DNA of 64,000 nt from Sphingobacteriales bacterium (GCA_027486795.1 JAIXOI010000023.1:322076-386075), one strand, 5' to 3'; positions 19,424-27,457 are shown, numbered from the stretch's first letter. A program made the numbers and translations. Notes: generated from the letters alone by a model not told the origin.

Positions 19424-19876
19424 ATGTTAAAGACAAACCCGATGGCTATGGAAAACGTTTCGCGCATTGAAGTATTGCTTGAGTTTGGCCGCATTTGGCT
19501 ACGCGACGATGGCATTGTACAAGTAACCATTGACAACGGAGCCCATATTCGGTACCGCGAAGCCCAAAAATTGATGGAGACCATCAGTGGCCTCTCACGG
19601 TATACCAGCCGCCCTATAGTGGTTGACCTAACCAAAATAGCCAGTATTGAAACCAGCGCCAAGCTGCATTTCATCAGCACCCGAACCGACAACCATAACC
19701 TTTGCATGGCCATGATTATTGCCTCGCCATATGGCAAAATGGTGGCCAACCTATCACTTTTGTTCCAACATCCAGGTTGCCCAACTCGCTATTTCAATTC
19801 GCCAGAGGGCGCTTTGCATTGGAGCGGGCGTTTCCAACCGAGCCAAACAGAGGCTGTACATACCTTTGCAGCCTAA
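19424..19876 (+). CDS. STAS/SpoIIAA-like domain protein
   Basis: The track ORF starts at TTG 19412; the first ATG is at 19424. The pattern (IVQVTI..., RPIVVDLTKI..., FNSPEGALHW) resembles STAS/SEC14-like (DUF3478-type) proteins. Confidence 0.45.
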   Translation: MLKTNPMAMENVSRIEVLLEFGRIWLRDDGIVQVTIDNGAHIRYREAQKLMETISGLSRYTSRPIVVDLTKIASIETSAKLHFISTRTDNHNLCMAMIIASPYGKMVANLSLLFQHPGCPTRYFNSPEGALHWSGRFQPSQTEAVHTFAA

Positions 19877-19977
19877 ACTGTATAAAATACCCTACACTTT
19901 AACGAAAAACCCATGCCACCCGTTGGCATCTACTGCGAGCAAAGCTTGCATGTACGCCATTTGTATAGCGATATTTG

Positions 19978-20562
19978 ATGCAACTGAACCCCTATACAGT
20001 TATGTTGCGATTGATGAGTTTGGCTATTATCAGCACTTTGGCATTGCTTATTGCTTCGTTTGCGCCGCAAAACAAGCCAGCACCTAAAACCATACAAATT
20101 GGCAACCAGCTTTGGCTTGCCGAAAACGTAAACGTGCCTTACGCTGGCTCGTGGTGCTACAACAACGACCCCCTGAACTGCAAAAAATATGGCCGCTTGT
20201 ATAATTACGAGCTGGCCACGCTTGCCTGCTCGCGCATTGGCGAAGGCTGGCTCTTGCCCACTAACGCCGATTGGGAGACTATGGTTGCCACCCTGGGCAG
20301 CGTAAAACTTGCCGCACTAAAATTAAAACCTGGCGGCGATATTGGTTTTAATGCTGTGTACGGTGGTTTTAAAGTTGAAAACTCAGAAGAGTTTAAGGCC
20401 GAAGGCAGCGAAACCGCTTACTGGACCTCGAGCCCAATGAACCCAAAACAAGTGTTTATAAGAGAAATAAAGAGCTTTAGCCCCATGGTGATAGAAGGCT
20501 ATGCGGCAGTTGACCGTGGCTTGAGCTGTAGATGCGTTAAAGACCTGCCCAAAGGAGAATAA
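19978..20562 (+). CDS. FISUMP domain protein (Fibrobacter succinogenes major paralogous domain, TIGR02145), secreted
   Basis: It has a signal peptide. Motifs are IGNQLWLAENVNV, CKKYGRLYNY, GWLLPTNADWETM and YWTSS. Confidence 0.75.
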   Translation: MQLNPYTVMLRLMSLAIISTLALLIASFAPQNKPAPKTIQIGNQLWLAENVNVPYAGSWCYNNDPLNCKKYGRLYNYELATLACSRIGEGWLLPTNADWETMVATLGSVKLAALKLKPGGDIGFNAVYGGFKVENSEEFKAEGSETAYWTSSPMNPKQVFIREIKSFSPMVIEGYAAVDRGLSCRCVKDLPKGE

Positions 20563-20617
20563 GACCACTCCGGCGAGCACACCTTCATATCTGGTTTCAT
20601 TACGTTTGGTTGTTTGC

Positions 20618-20650
20618 ACCGGCGCGATTGGTCATCGCGCCGGTTTTTTT
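20618..20650 (+). terminator. Rho-independent terminator after the FISUMP gene
   Basis: The stem is an 11-bp GC-rich perfect pair, ACCGGCGCGAT (20618-20628) with ATCGCGCCGGT (20634-20644). The loop is 5 nt and the stem is followed by T7. The stop codon of the convergent holin gene lies in the T tract. Confidence 0.8.
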
Positions 20651-21116
20651 ATGGCTTGCTTTGCTCTTGCCTGCGGCGTTGCCGCCTCGTCATTTTAGAC
20701 AAATCCAAGTTACCGGTAACGGTAGTTGCTACTTTCTCAATAGAGCGGCCTATAACGTAACCACCAAGGCCCAGCTCAAGCAAGCCCCAAAAGCGCTCGG
20801 GCAACTCAATGGTGGGCATGTCAAACCAAAACCCCAACACGGGCTGTATAAAGTAATGAAACACGATAATAAACGCAAACGCCAACATGACCAAAGGGCG
20901 CCAATTCCGTTGCAGTTTGGTACCTTGCAGCTCGGTGTTTAGCACATCGCGCTGGTAGCTGGCCAGTTCGCCCAGGTTTTTCAATATCACCTCGCTTATC
21001 TCCTTTCGGGCGGCAAGGCGTTCGGGTTCGTTAGTGATGAGTTTATCTAGTGCCTTGCCAGTGGCATCTACCAATTCGGTAGCGGCCCCAGCTATCAGTT
21101 TGGGTATAATAGACAT
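20649..21116 (-). CDS. Phage holin, 3-TM type (PF11351 GTA_holin_3TM-like)
   Basis: 155 aa. An N-terminal amphipathic helix is followed by a WRP motif entering TM helices (NWRPLVMLAFAFIIVFHYFIQPVLGF). A GLGGYVIGRSIEKV motif and a basic C-terminus are present. Confidence 0.6.
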   Translation of the reverse strand: MSIIPKLIAGAATELVDATGKALDKLITNEPERLAARKEISEVILKNLGELASYQRDVLNTELQGTKLQRNWRPLVMLAFAFIIVFHYFIQPVLGFWFDMPTIELPERFWGLLELGLGGYVIGRSIEKVATTVTGNLDLSKMTRRQRRRQEQSKP

Positions 21117-21120
21117 GTTT

Positions 21121-21163
21121 GGTTATGGGTTGCGAGTTACGAGTTGCGGGTTGAGTTGCGGCG
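21121..21163. repeat. Heptamer tandem repeat array (RGTTRCG x ~6)
   Basis: The units read GGTTATG GGTTGCG AGTTACG AGTTGCG GGTTGAG TTGCGGC. The array lies immediately 5' of the holin ATG. It shares an identical 17-mer, GTTACGAGTTGCGGGTT (21136-21152), with 40956-40972. Confidence 0.85.
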
Positions 21164-21337
21164 GAGCTCTTTGATTTTGGTAATCAAAGTAATGACGCCA
21201 ATACCGATACCGATAATAAGCGCCAAGTATTGCAATACGGGGGTGGAAGTATCCATAAGCGTTTGCAGCGCCCCACCCACCGACGAAAACATCCCCCACC
21301 CCGGATGCTCCCGGAGAAAAATAGTGAGTTTGTGCAT
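21137..21337 (-). CDS. Small single-TM membrane protein (possible holin partner/lysis accessory)
   Basis: 66 aa with TM helix VLQYLALIIGIGIGVITLI. It starts 24 nt after the fiber gene stop. I preferred it over the overlapping 87-aa ORF 21123..21386. Confidence 0.45.
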   Translation of the reverse strand: MHKLTIFLREHPGWGMFSSVGGALQTLMDTSTPVLQYLALIIGIGIGVITLITKIKELRRNSTRNS

Positions 21338-21360
21338 TTGGATTTTTGGGGTTTAGGGGG

Positions 21361-24021
21361 TTATCCAGGATATAACTGTGTAACAACTAATGATGCACCT
21401 TTTTGAAAAACAACAAACCCTCCATTAATGCCATCTATCGGCTGATTTACAATTCCTGAAGCGAACTTAATTTGGGTGCTGGTTCCACTTAATGTTAATG
21501 TCTGGCCAGAAATTGGGCGAAGCGTAATGGTATTAGGCGAATGTGCGAGGCTGTGAATTTCTTCCAAGGTCTCAGTATTGCTTATCCAAATACTTCCAGA
21601 ATATGCGGCATCAAACGTTCCTAAATCAAGAACTCCACTGGAGTCAATCGATAAAGATGATTCTAAAGTGCTTTCATTGAAATTATAGAACCTTGAAATT
21701 TGATTTTCCGTGAGAAAAATGGTCTTTGATGGGGTCTTAAACAAACAATCGTAAAGCAAATTGGATTGATTTGACACATCCAGTTTGGTGTCCTCTCCAA
21801 TTATGATGCCGCCAATTGTTGAAGTATTGTTACTTGCTATCAACTTAGATCCGCTATCAATCTTATTTATCGTGATTCCAGCCCCCAAATACCCATCCAA
21901 ATCATAAGTAGAATAAAAGCTGGCGCGGTTGGAAGAGAATTGGCCATTGGTGTTGGAGAGGTTGACGGTGCTTTTGTCGATGTGGTTGTTGTCAATTTCG
22001 CTGCCCGAATCGTTGCTGGTAATGGTGGCTTCGCTAAAGACGTTTTGATTGCAATTGCCCATGCGGCGCTGCATGGTAATAGTACTGTTTTGCACCTTGT
22101 TTCGCGTGAACTCTCCCGTGCTATCGGTCAAGTTAAGGGCGGTAGCAGATAGGGTATTACCCAAAAATTGCCCACCTGTATAATTATTAAGGGTTAGCTC
22201 GCTTTGGTTGTTAATCTGGTTGTTTTGAAAAAAAACGTTGGTATCATTGGCATGCAATTGCGAGTTGGCAATAACATTATTTGCAAATTGCCCTTGCGTG
22301 CGCTGCAAGTCAATTTCGCTGCTGCCTGAAATGTGGTTATTTGAAAAAATATAACCTGCGGCGGCCTCGCTTATATCTAATACCGTTCCCGAAATCTGAT
22401 TTTCAGAAAGCTGAAACGAAGCATTGGTGGCAGTTACATCGGTGGTGGTCAAGTTGTTGTTGTTCATAGTAACCGTAGCGCCACTAAACAGGTATTCGCC
22501 ATCGGTAAGGTTGTTTTGCGCCATGCTATTCAGGGTGGCATTGGACAAAAACAGATTGACCCCGCTGAAATGATTCATGACCAGGTTGTTGCAAACCACA
22601 TTTTTCCCAACCAAATTAGAGGCAACGATACTATTGGCAGCCATTTCGCCGCTTGCGAGGTGCAAATCGAAACCGGATAAAGAAATGGCGTTGCCCTGCA
22701 ACGAGCAGTTGCCCGTGGCAACAACCTTCACAAAGCTTTGATTACCAATGTTGTTCTCGGCTATACTATCGGTTTCGGTGAGGCTGCAAACCATAAAAGT
22801 GCGGCCCGAAATAGTATTGCTGGCAATAGTGCCGCCATTGGGGTAGGCAATGAAAACGCTATCGGTAACCTTAGTGCCAGTAACCGCATCGTACGCCCAA
22901 GGGAATGCTTGATATGGGTTGATGCCTACCAAATCAATCAGCTCGGGCTGGCAACTCACCATATTGCCTTTGCTATCAGCCATTTCAGCTATCCAATCGT
23001 CGGCAAAGCGGTACTTAACTTTAAACCAATGCGCGCCCTTGTTGGTGCCCATGGCTAGTGAACCCGTGCTAACCCCAATGCCAGTGGCAGCAACGGTTAT
23101 GGCACCGCCATTTAAAACCGCACCGCGGCCATTGGCATCGGTGAGGTACACAAATGAGCCAATATTGATGGCTCCAAAGCCGTGCACGGGCGTGCCATCA
23201 TTAATGGCATCGGAAACCAAGGCTGCCATATTGATGAGGTTGGAAGCGTAACCAATGGGCGATGGCAGCAATTGCTCGCCATTAACAGTAACCGCATCAA
23301 TGCTACCGGCGGTACCCGATGTAAGCTGCAGATAACCATGTGCAGGCAAAGCTTGGGTATAATCGCCCTCGATGCTGAATGCCGATACCGAGGTGGCCGT
23401 AAGAATCATACCCCTATCGGTAACCAAATACCTTTGCCCTGGCACCAAAGCAGCGGTGGCAATCATTTCAGAAAGCTCTGCATAGGTGGCTGCTACTTGC
23501 GGCATGGTAGGTTGGGCGGCTTGCCTTACCCAATTTGCGCCAGAAAAGTAGTAGGTATGCCTGTCGGCCAGGTTGAATATCTGATAGCCCGATTGCGGGG
23601 TAACGGCCCGCCACTCAAATACCGATTGGCCTTGGCTATTGGTTCTAAAATACTCGGCAATTTCGCCCACGGCCACATCGCCCCAAGCGGGATGCACGGT
23701 TGTGTCGGGTTCCGGAAAAACCACCTCGCCCGAAGTATCCATACTGGTATCTATAGAAGCATCCATTGACGTATCAATCGCCGTAGAACCGATGCTGGTG
23801 CTGCCAAAAAGGATATATCTATCGCCTTGCTGCAGCGTTCGTGGCGGAAAAGTGGCATCGGCAAAATCCAGCACAGGCCGCTGCCAGTAGGTATCGTACC
23901 ATTGAATGTCGCCCAATGGGTTTTTGGATAAAAGCGTATCGTTTTCTGCCAAGCTAAAATCGCGCGGCGGGTGCAGTTCGCTATTTTCTAGCTCAGCGTG
24001 AACATTTGAGAAGGTTGGCAT
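21361..24021 (-). CDS. Tail fiber / tailspike-like protein with a long beta-solenoid repeat region
   Basis: 886 aa. Residues ~420-760 consist of ~19-22 aa degenerate repeats rich in N/S/T (..F.NN.I..S.L.L.N..G.), typical of parallel beta-helix receptor-binding proteins. It lies just upstream of the lysis genes. Confidence 0.6.
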   Translation of the reverse strand: MPTFSNVHAELENSELHPPRDFSLAENDTLLSKNPLGDIQWYDTYWQRPVLDFADATFPPRTLQQGDRYILFGSTSIGSTAIDTSMDASIDTSMDTSGEVVFPEPDTTVHPAWGDVAVGEIAEYFRTNSQGQSVFEWRAVTPQSGYQIFNLADRHTYYFSGANWVRQAAQPTMPQVAATYAELSEMIATAALVPGQRYLVTDRGMILTATSVSAFSIEGDYTQALPAHGYLQLTSGTAGSIDAVTVNGEQLLPSPIGYASNLINMAALVSDAINDGTPVHGFGAINIGSFVYLTDANGRGAVLNGGAITVAATGIGVSTGSLAMGTNKGAHWFKVKYRFADDWIAEMADSKGNMVSCQPELIDLVGINPYQAFPWAYDAVTGTKVTDSVFIAYPNGGTIASNTISGRTFMVCSLTETDSIAENNIGNQSFVKVVATGNCSLQGNAISLSGFDLHLASGEMAANSIVASNLVGKNVVCNNLVMNHFSGVNLFLSNATLNSMAQNNLTDGEYLFSGATVTMNNNNLTTTDVTATNASFQLSENQISGTVLDISEAAAGYIFSNNHISGSSEIDLQRTQGQFANNVIANSQLHANDTNVFFQNNQINNQSELTLNNYTGGQFLGNTLSATALNLTDSTGEFTRNKVQNSTITMQRRMGNCNQNVFSEATITSNDSGSEIDNNHIDKSTVNLSNTNGQFSSNRASFYSTYDLDGYLGAGITINKIDSGSKLIASNNTSTIGGIIIGEDTKLDVSNQSNLLYDCLFKTPSKTIFLTENQISRFYNFNESTLESSLSIDSSGVLDLGTFDAAYSGSIWISNTETLEEIHSLAHSPNTITLRPISGQTLTLSGTSTQIKFASGIVNQPIDGINGGFVVFQKGASLVVTQLYPG

Positions 24022-24122
24022 AGGGTTAATTTGAAAATGAGGGAAAATAAATTTGCTGATGTGCCAATTACTGATTAGCGGTGACGATTAATGGGCATAA
24101 TCTAAATTACAATGCAATAATT

Positions 24123-24154
24123 AGCACATTGGTATATCAGCACATTATTACATT
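24123..24154. repeat. 8-nt tandem array AGCACATT-type (x4)
   Basis: The units read AGCACATT GGTATATC AGCACATT ATTACATT. The array directly abuts the stop codon of the 158-aa gene. An inverted partial copy, TGCTGATGTGCC, is at 24054-24065. Confidence 0.75.
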
Positions 24155-24631
24155 TTAATAAACATACGGTAAGCTGCTATGCGAGCTGTCGTTGGGGCAG
24201 GTGGGGTAATCGGGGAAGGAGGTGCGGTTGCTTTTGATATAATCCGTCATTTCGGTAGCCAACAGCTCGGCATCACTCAACATTTTGTTGCGCAGCATGG
24301 CAAAGTCGGTATTGTTTACCGGCAAGTGGTAGTCAATGCTCGGGGTTTGGATGCCGTTGGAGGTTATCTCGGCCTTTATGAGCGGCAATGCCTCGTACAA
24401 CACAAAACGAGCCAGGGCATCTTTGAGATAATCGTTAACGAGCGTTTGGTTAAGGCCCGTAAAGGTTTGCGCCACCGATTCGGCCATGAGGGTATTGTAT
24501 AGCGCAATGCCCAACAAGGGCTTGATGTATTTAAGCGAAGCGATAGGAATGCTATCGGCTACGAGGGTCGTGTCGAGGTTTTTACCAGGCATAGCAAGGG
24601 CTATCACCTCGGCAGGGGTGAGTAGGGACAT
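24155..24631 (-). CDS. Hypothetical phage structural protein (possible head-tail adaptor)
   Basis: 158 aa. It is encoded directly after the portal gene. No motif was recognised and the function is guessed from position only. Confidence 0.3.
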   Translation of the reverse strand: MSLLTPAEVIALAMPGKNLDTTLVADSIPIASLKYIKPLLGIALYNTLMAESVAQTFTGLNQTLVNDYLKDALARFVLYEALPLIKAEITSNGIQTPSIDYHLPVNNTDFAMLRNKMLSDAELLATEMTDYIKSNRTSFPDYPTCPNDSSHSSLPYVY

Positions 24632-24638
24632 GGGGCGG

Positions 24639-24672
24639 AATTAAAAATTGAAGATTTAAAATTGAAAATTGA
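24639..24672. repeat. A/T-rich short tandem repeat leader (TTGAAAAT/TTTAAAAT units)
   Basis: The spacer between the portal stop and the 158-aa start contains AATTAAAAATTGAAGATTTAAAATTGAAAATTGA. On the sense strand it has a single G. Confidence 0.75.
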
Positions 24673-25941
24673 TTATACCCTAGCGGTGGCAATAACCTTC
24701 CCTTCCAACTCTGGCAGCGCTTCCAGGCCCAGCTCTTTGCGGGCTTCGTTGGCTTGTATTACGGCATTTACATCAACACTGCCTATAAAACTGATGGGCA
24801 CTACGTTGCTTATGGCCAGTTCGTAGTCGGCAAAGCCGGCATAGGCTAAGAGCTTGTTTAGGGGTTTGAGCAGCGTATTTTGGTAGTTTACAATTACGGT
24901 GTTCATGTAAATTTCAAACAACGTGCGCACCTCGCTGCTGCTGCTTAGTTTGCCGCTAGTTTCAACCAACAGGGCCGGATGCGTGCGGTGGGCGCGCAAT
25001 AGGTTTTGCACCGCAAGCTCTTGCAGCTCGCGGAAAATGCCCTCAGGTTCGTCGTTTACCTGCACATATTGCGGCGCTTGGGTCTCGTTGCTTACTATTT
25101 GGGCTATAAGCTTGCTGTTGTTGCCCTCGCCCGTAAAACTGCGGATGAAGCTATTGAGGTAATCGTCCGTTTTTAAGCCCTTTGGTGGTTCGCCAAACAA
25201 AGTCAACAAGCCCGATGGAACAAACTTATTCTCCATCCGATCCAAGTTAAAGGCCGGTATTTTGTACTCAATATTTACCCATTTCATGCCGCCCAAGGTG
25301 TAATAGTCGGGCAGGCCGTAAAAGCGGCGGCCCGTGCGATAATCGCGCACATATAGTAGGGCATGTTCTTGCGGGGCATCGAACTGGAAGATGGGTATTT
25401 CCTTTACCTCATACTTACTGCTTGCGTTGCGACCATTGAGTACCAGCCCCCAATGTTGGCTAAGGTATGCTTTCTTAATGCTCGCACCAGTCGGTTTGCC
25501 AAGTCGCACCTCGGTTACATCGCGGTGGTAAAGGTTCAATCGGCTGCCTTCTTCGGCTGTTTCGATGGCAAAGTTACCCGTGAGGATATAATCTAATGCC
25601 CAACGGCCAAACAGTTCTTGCAGGCTTTCGCTCTCGGCATTTACTTCGGCCAGCCAATGCTCCAGCTTCTCGTCCTTTTGGTAGGGCTGGCCATCTTTTC
25701 GGTTTACCATAAATCCATCGCCAACGGTATATACCAGTTTGGTATTGATGGCGGTTCGGTGTGTGCTGCTGTTTTCGTAGTGGTATACCAATTGATTGAT
25801 AAACAGGTTGTTGCTGTCATCAAAAAACGGAATCCACGGGGTCCGGATGTCGGGCACGGCACTTTCAACTGACTTGGCAGGCCGCTTGGGGTTCAGCACT
25901 TGATAGCCCAGTATTTGCCCAGGTTTTTTGGGTGGTTGCAT
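24673..25941 (-). CDS. Phage portal protein
   Basis: 422 aa. The size and blocks (YGLPDYY, FVPSGLLTLFG, RTHPALL) resemble HK97/SPP1-type portal families. It lies in a head module with the protease and MCP. Confidence 0.65.
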   Translation of the reverse strand: MQPPKKPGQILGYQVLNPKRPAKSVESAVPDIRTPWIPFFDDSNNLFINQLVYHYENSSTHRTAINTKLVYTVGDGFMVNRKDGQPYQKDEKLEHWLAEVNAESESLQELFGRWALDYILTGNFAIETAEEGSRLNLYHRDVTEVRLGKPTGASIKKAYLSQHWGLVLNGRNASSKYEVKEIPIFQFDAPQEHALLYVRDYRTGRRFYGLPDYYTLGGMKWVNIEYKIPAFNLDRMENKFVPSGLLTLFGEPPKGLKTDDYLNSFIRSFTGEGNNSKLIAQIVSNETQAPQYVQVNDEPEGIFRELQELAVQNLLRAHRTHPALLVETSGKLSSSSEVRTLFEIYMNTVIVNYQNTLLKPLNKLLAYAGFADYELAISNVVPISFIGSVDVNAVIQANEARKELGLEALPELEGKVIATARV

Positions 25942-25944
25942 GGT

Positions 25945-25984
25945 GGGAATTTGAAAATTTGGGAATTTGAAAATTTGAAAATTA
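25945..25984. repeat. Perfectly phased 8-nt tandem repeat (GGGAATTT GAAAATTT GGGAATTT GAAAATTT GAAAATTA)
   Basis: Five units begin 4 nt upstream of the portal ATG. The sense strand has no G. Confidence 0.9.
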
Positions 25985-26098
25985 ATGTGCGGATACGAAA
26001 TGGATGTATCAATGTACTGACGAATTTGTAAAATCTATTCGATTAAACTTGCACATAGATTTTCCCAATGATTAGTACCTTTTAGCACTTTGGATATC

Positions 26099-26138
26099 GG
26101 TACATCTGCACATCGATACATCAGCACATTAGCACATC
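26099..26138. repeat. Perfectly phased 8-nt tandem array NRYACATY x5
   Basis: The units read GGTACATC TGCACATC GATACATC AGCACATT AGCACATC. The array ends 2 nt from the ATPase stop codon. Inverted copies (AATGTGC, AATGTAC) are at 25984-26017. Confidence 0.85.
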
Positions 26139-26140
26139 AA

Positions 26141-27295
26141 CTATAATAGCTCCAAAAACGCAGCAAGACTTATTGCTTCGGTGTTTTCGTTAATGGCATA
26201 GCGCTCTGTGCCGGGGTAGATGATGAAGTTTTTGGCAGTGTTTAATTCGTTGGCCGAGATAGCGTACCCTTTCGAAAATTTTGGAGCCATGCTGCGTTTA
26301 ACTTCTACGGCCCATATTTCTTTGTTCGGGCGCTCCACTAGCAAATCAATCTCATTGCCCGACGAGGTACGGTAGAAATAAACGCCAGATTGGTTTTCGT
26401 CGAGTAAGCTGCAAATATTCTCTATCACAAAACCTTCCCAGCTCATACCAACAATGGGGTGCGACAATAACGCCTCTTTGTTTTCGATACCCAGCAAGGC
26501 GTGCAGTAATCCGCTATCGCGCACATATACTTTTGGAGATTTAATGAGGCGTTTGCCGTGGTTGCCATGGTAAGGCCGCAGTTTGCGCACCAACAGCAAA
26601 TCAACCAACAAATCAAGATAGCTCATTACCGTTTTGCCATCTACGCCCAATGAGCCCGCCAATTGCGATGCATTGAGCGTAGTGCCTTGCAGGTGGGCCA
26701 GCATGGTCCAGAACCGGCGCAGTGTTTCGGCAGGTATGCGCGGACCCAATTGGGGTATATCGCGCTCAAGGTAGGTGCGTATAAAGTTTTTGCGCCACAA
26801 CATGCTTTTAACATCGCTTGCAGCCATCACGCTATCCGGAAAGCCACCCCGAACCCATAGCTTATCCATATCCTTGGGGTACTCGGTAAGGTTCAAGGGA
26901 AACAATTCGCAATAAGCGATGCGGCCGGCCAAGCTCTCGCCCGACTGTTTCAATAAATCCATGGAGGCAGAGCCCAACAACAGGAACTGACCGGTTTTGC
27001 GGCCCGCCCTGCGGTTTTTGTCAATAATGCCCCTAAGCTCTTGAAAAAGTTGCGGCATGCGTTGCACTTCGTCCATTATCACCAACTTATCTTGGTGGCT
27101 GGCTAGGTAGTAGGCAGGGTTTGCCAACTTTGCCCGGTCTTCCTCGCTTTCCAAATCCAGATAAAGCGTATTATGCGTGCGCGCTAGATCCATAGCCAAG
27201 GTGGTTTTGCCCACTTGGCGTGGCCCAAGCAAAGCCACTGCCGGAAAAGTATCCAGCAATTCGCTTACTTCTTCATATTTTTTACGCTCAATCAT
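26141..27295 (-). CDS. AAA ATPase with DUF4143 and C-terminal PD-(D/E)xK-like nuclease motif (COG1373 family); moron inside the head module
   Basis: 384 aa. It has Walker A (LLGPRQVGKTT), Walker B (VIMDEVQ), a central wHTH-like DUF4143 region, and a C-terminal EIDLLVE...AVEVK motif. Confidence 0.8.
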   Translation of the reverse strand: MIERKKYEEVSELLDTFPAVALLGPRQVGKTTLAMDLARTHNTLYLDLESEEDRAKLANPAYYLASHQDKLVIMDEVQRMPQLFQELRGIIDKNRRAGRKTGQFLLLGSASMDLLKQSGESLAGRIAYCELFPLNLTEYPKDMDKLWVRGGFPDSVMAASDVKSMLWRKNFIRTYLERDIPQLGPRIPAETLRRFWTMLAHLQGTTLNASQLAGSLGVDGKTVMSYLDLLVDLLLVRKLRPYHGNHGKRLIKSPKVYVRDSGLLHALLGIENKEALLSHPIVGMSWEGFVIENICSLLDENQSGVYFYRTSSGNEIDLLVERPNKEIWAVEVKRSMAPKFSKGYAISANELNTAKNFIIYPGTERYAINENTEAISLAAFLELL

Positions 27296-27315
27296 GTTTG
27301 TAAATTAGGAGTTTA

Positions 27316-27421
27316 GTTCCGAATATGCAAAGTTATTTTCGTACTAATGTACGTTAAACAGATAGCAAAGTTACACATTTTACTTTGCATATTCGGAATT
27401 GAATTCCGAATATGCAAAGTT
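27316..27421. promoter_or_regulatory. Triple repeat (direct-inverted-direct) of TTCCGAATATGCAAAGT including a 39-bp perfect palindrome
   Basis: Copy 1 is at 27317-27334 (+). Copy 2 is inverted at 27382-27398. Copy 3 is at 27404-27421 (+). Positions 27382-27420 form ACTTTGCATATTCGGAATT-G-AATTCCGAATATGCAAAGT. The element lies between the 187-aa gene stop and the ATPase start. Confidence 0.85.
27328..27335 (-). promoter_or_regulatory. Candidate -7 promoter box TAACTTTG for the ATPase moron
   Basis: The minus-strand sequence TAACTTTG fits TAnnTTTG and lies 32 nt upstream of the ATG at 27295. A second identical box is at 27366-27373. Confidence 0.4.
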
Positions 27422-27457
27422 GAAAAGCCGATAAACACTCAAAAATAGGGTTCTGGA

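Noticed and set aside
21123-21386. 87-aa ORF overlapping the fiber gene stop and the 66-aa membrane ORF
   Set aside because: Its translation is Y/R/P-rich with no hydrophobic core. It overlaps the end of the fiber gene. The alternative 66-aa frame encodes a clean TM helix and starts just after the fiber stop.
23725-23790. DTSMDASIDTSMDTS micro-repeat near the fiber N-terminus, considered as a glycosylation or phase-variable site
   Set aside because: It does not match the Bacteroidota D-(S/T)-(A/I/L/V/M/T) O-glycosylation motif. The nucleotide repeat is imperfect and in-frame.
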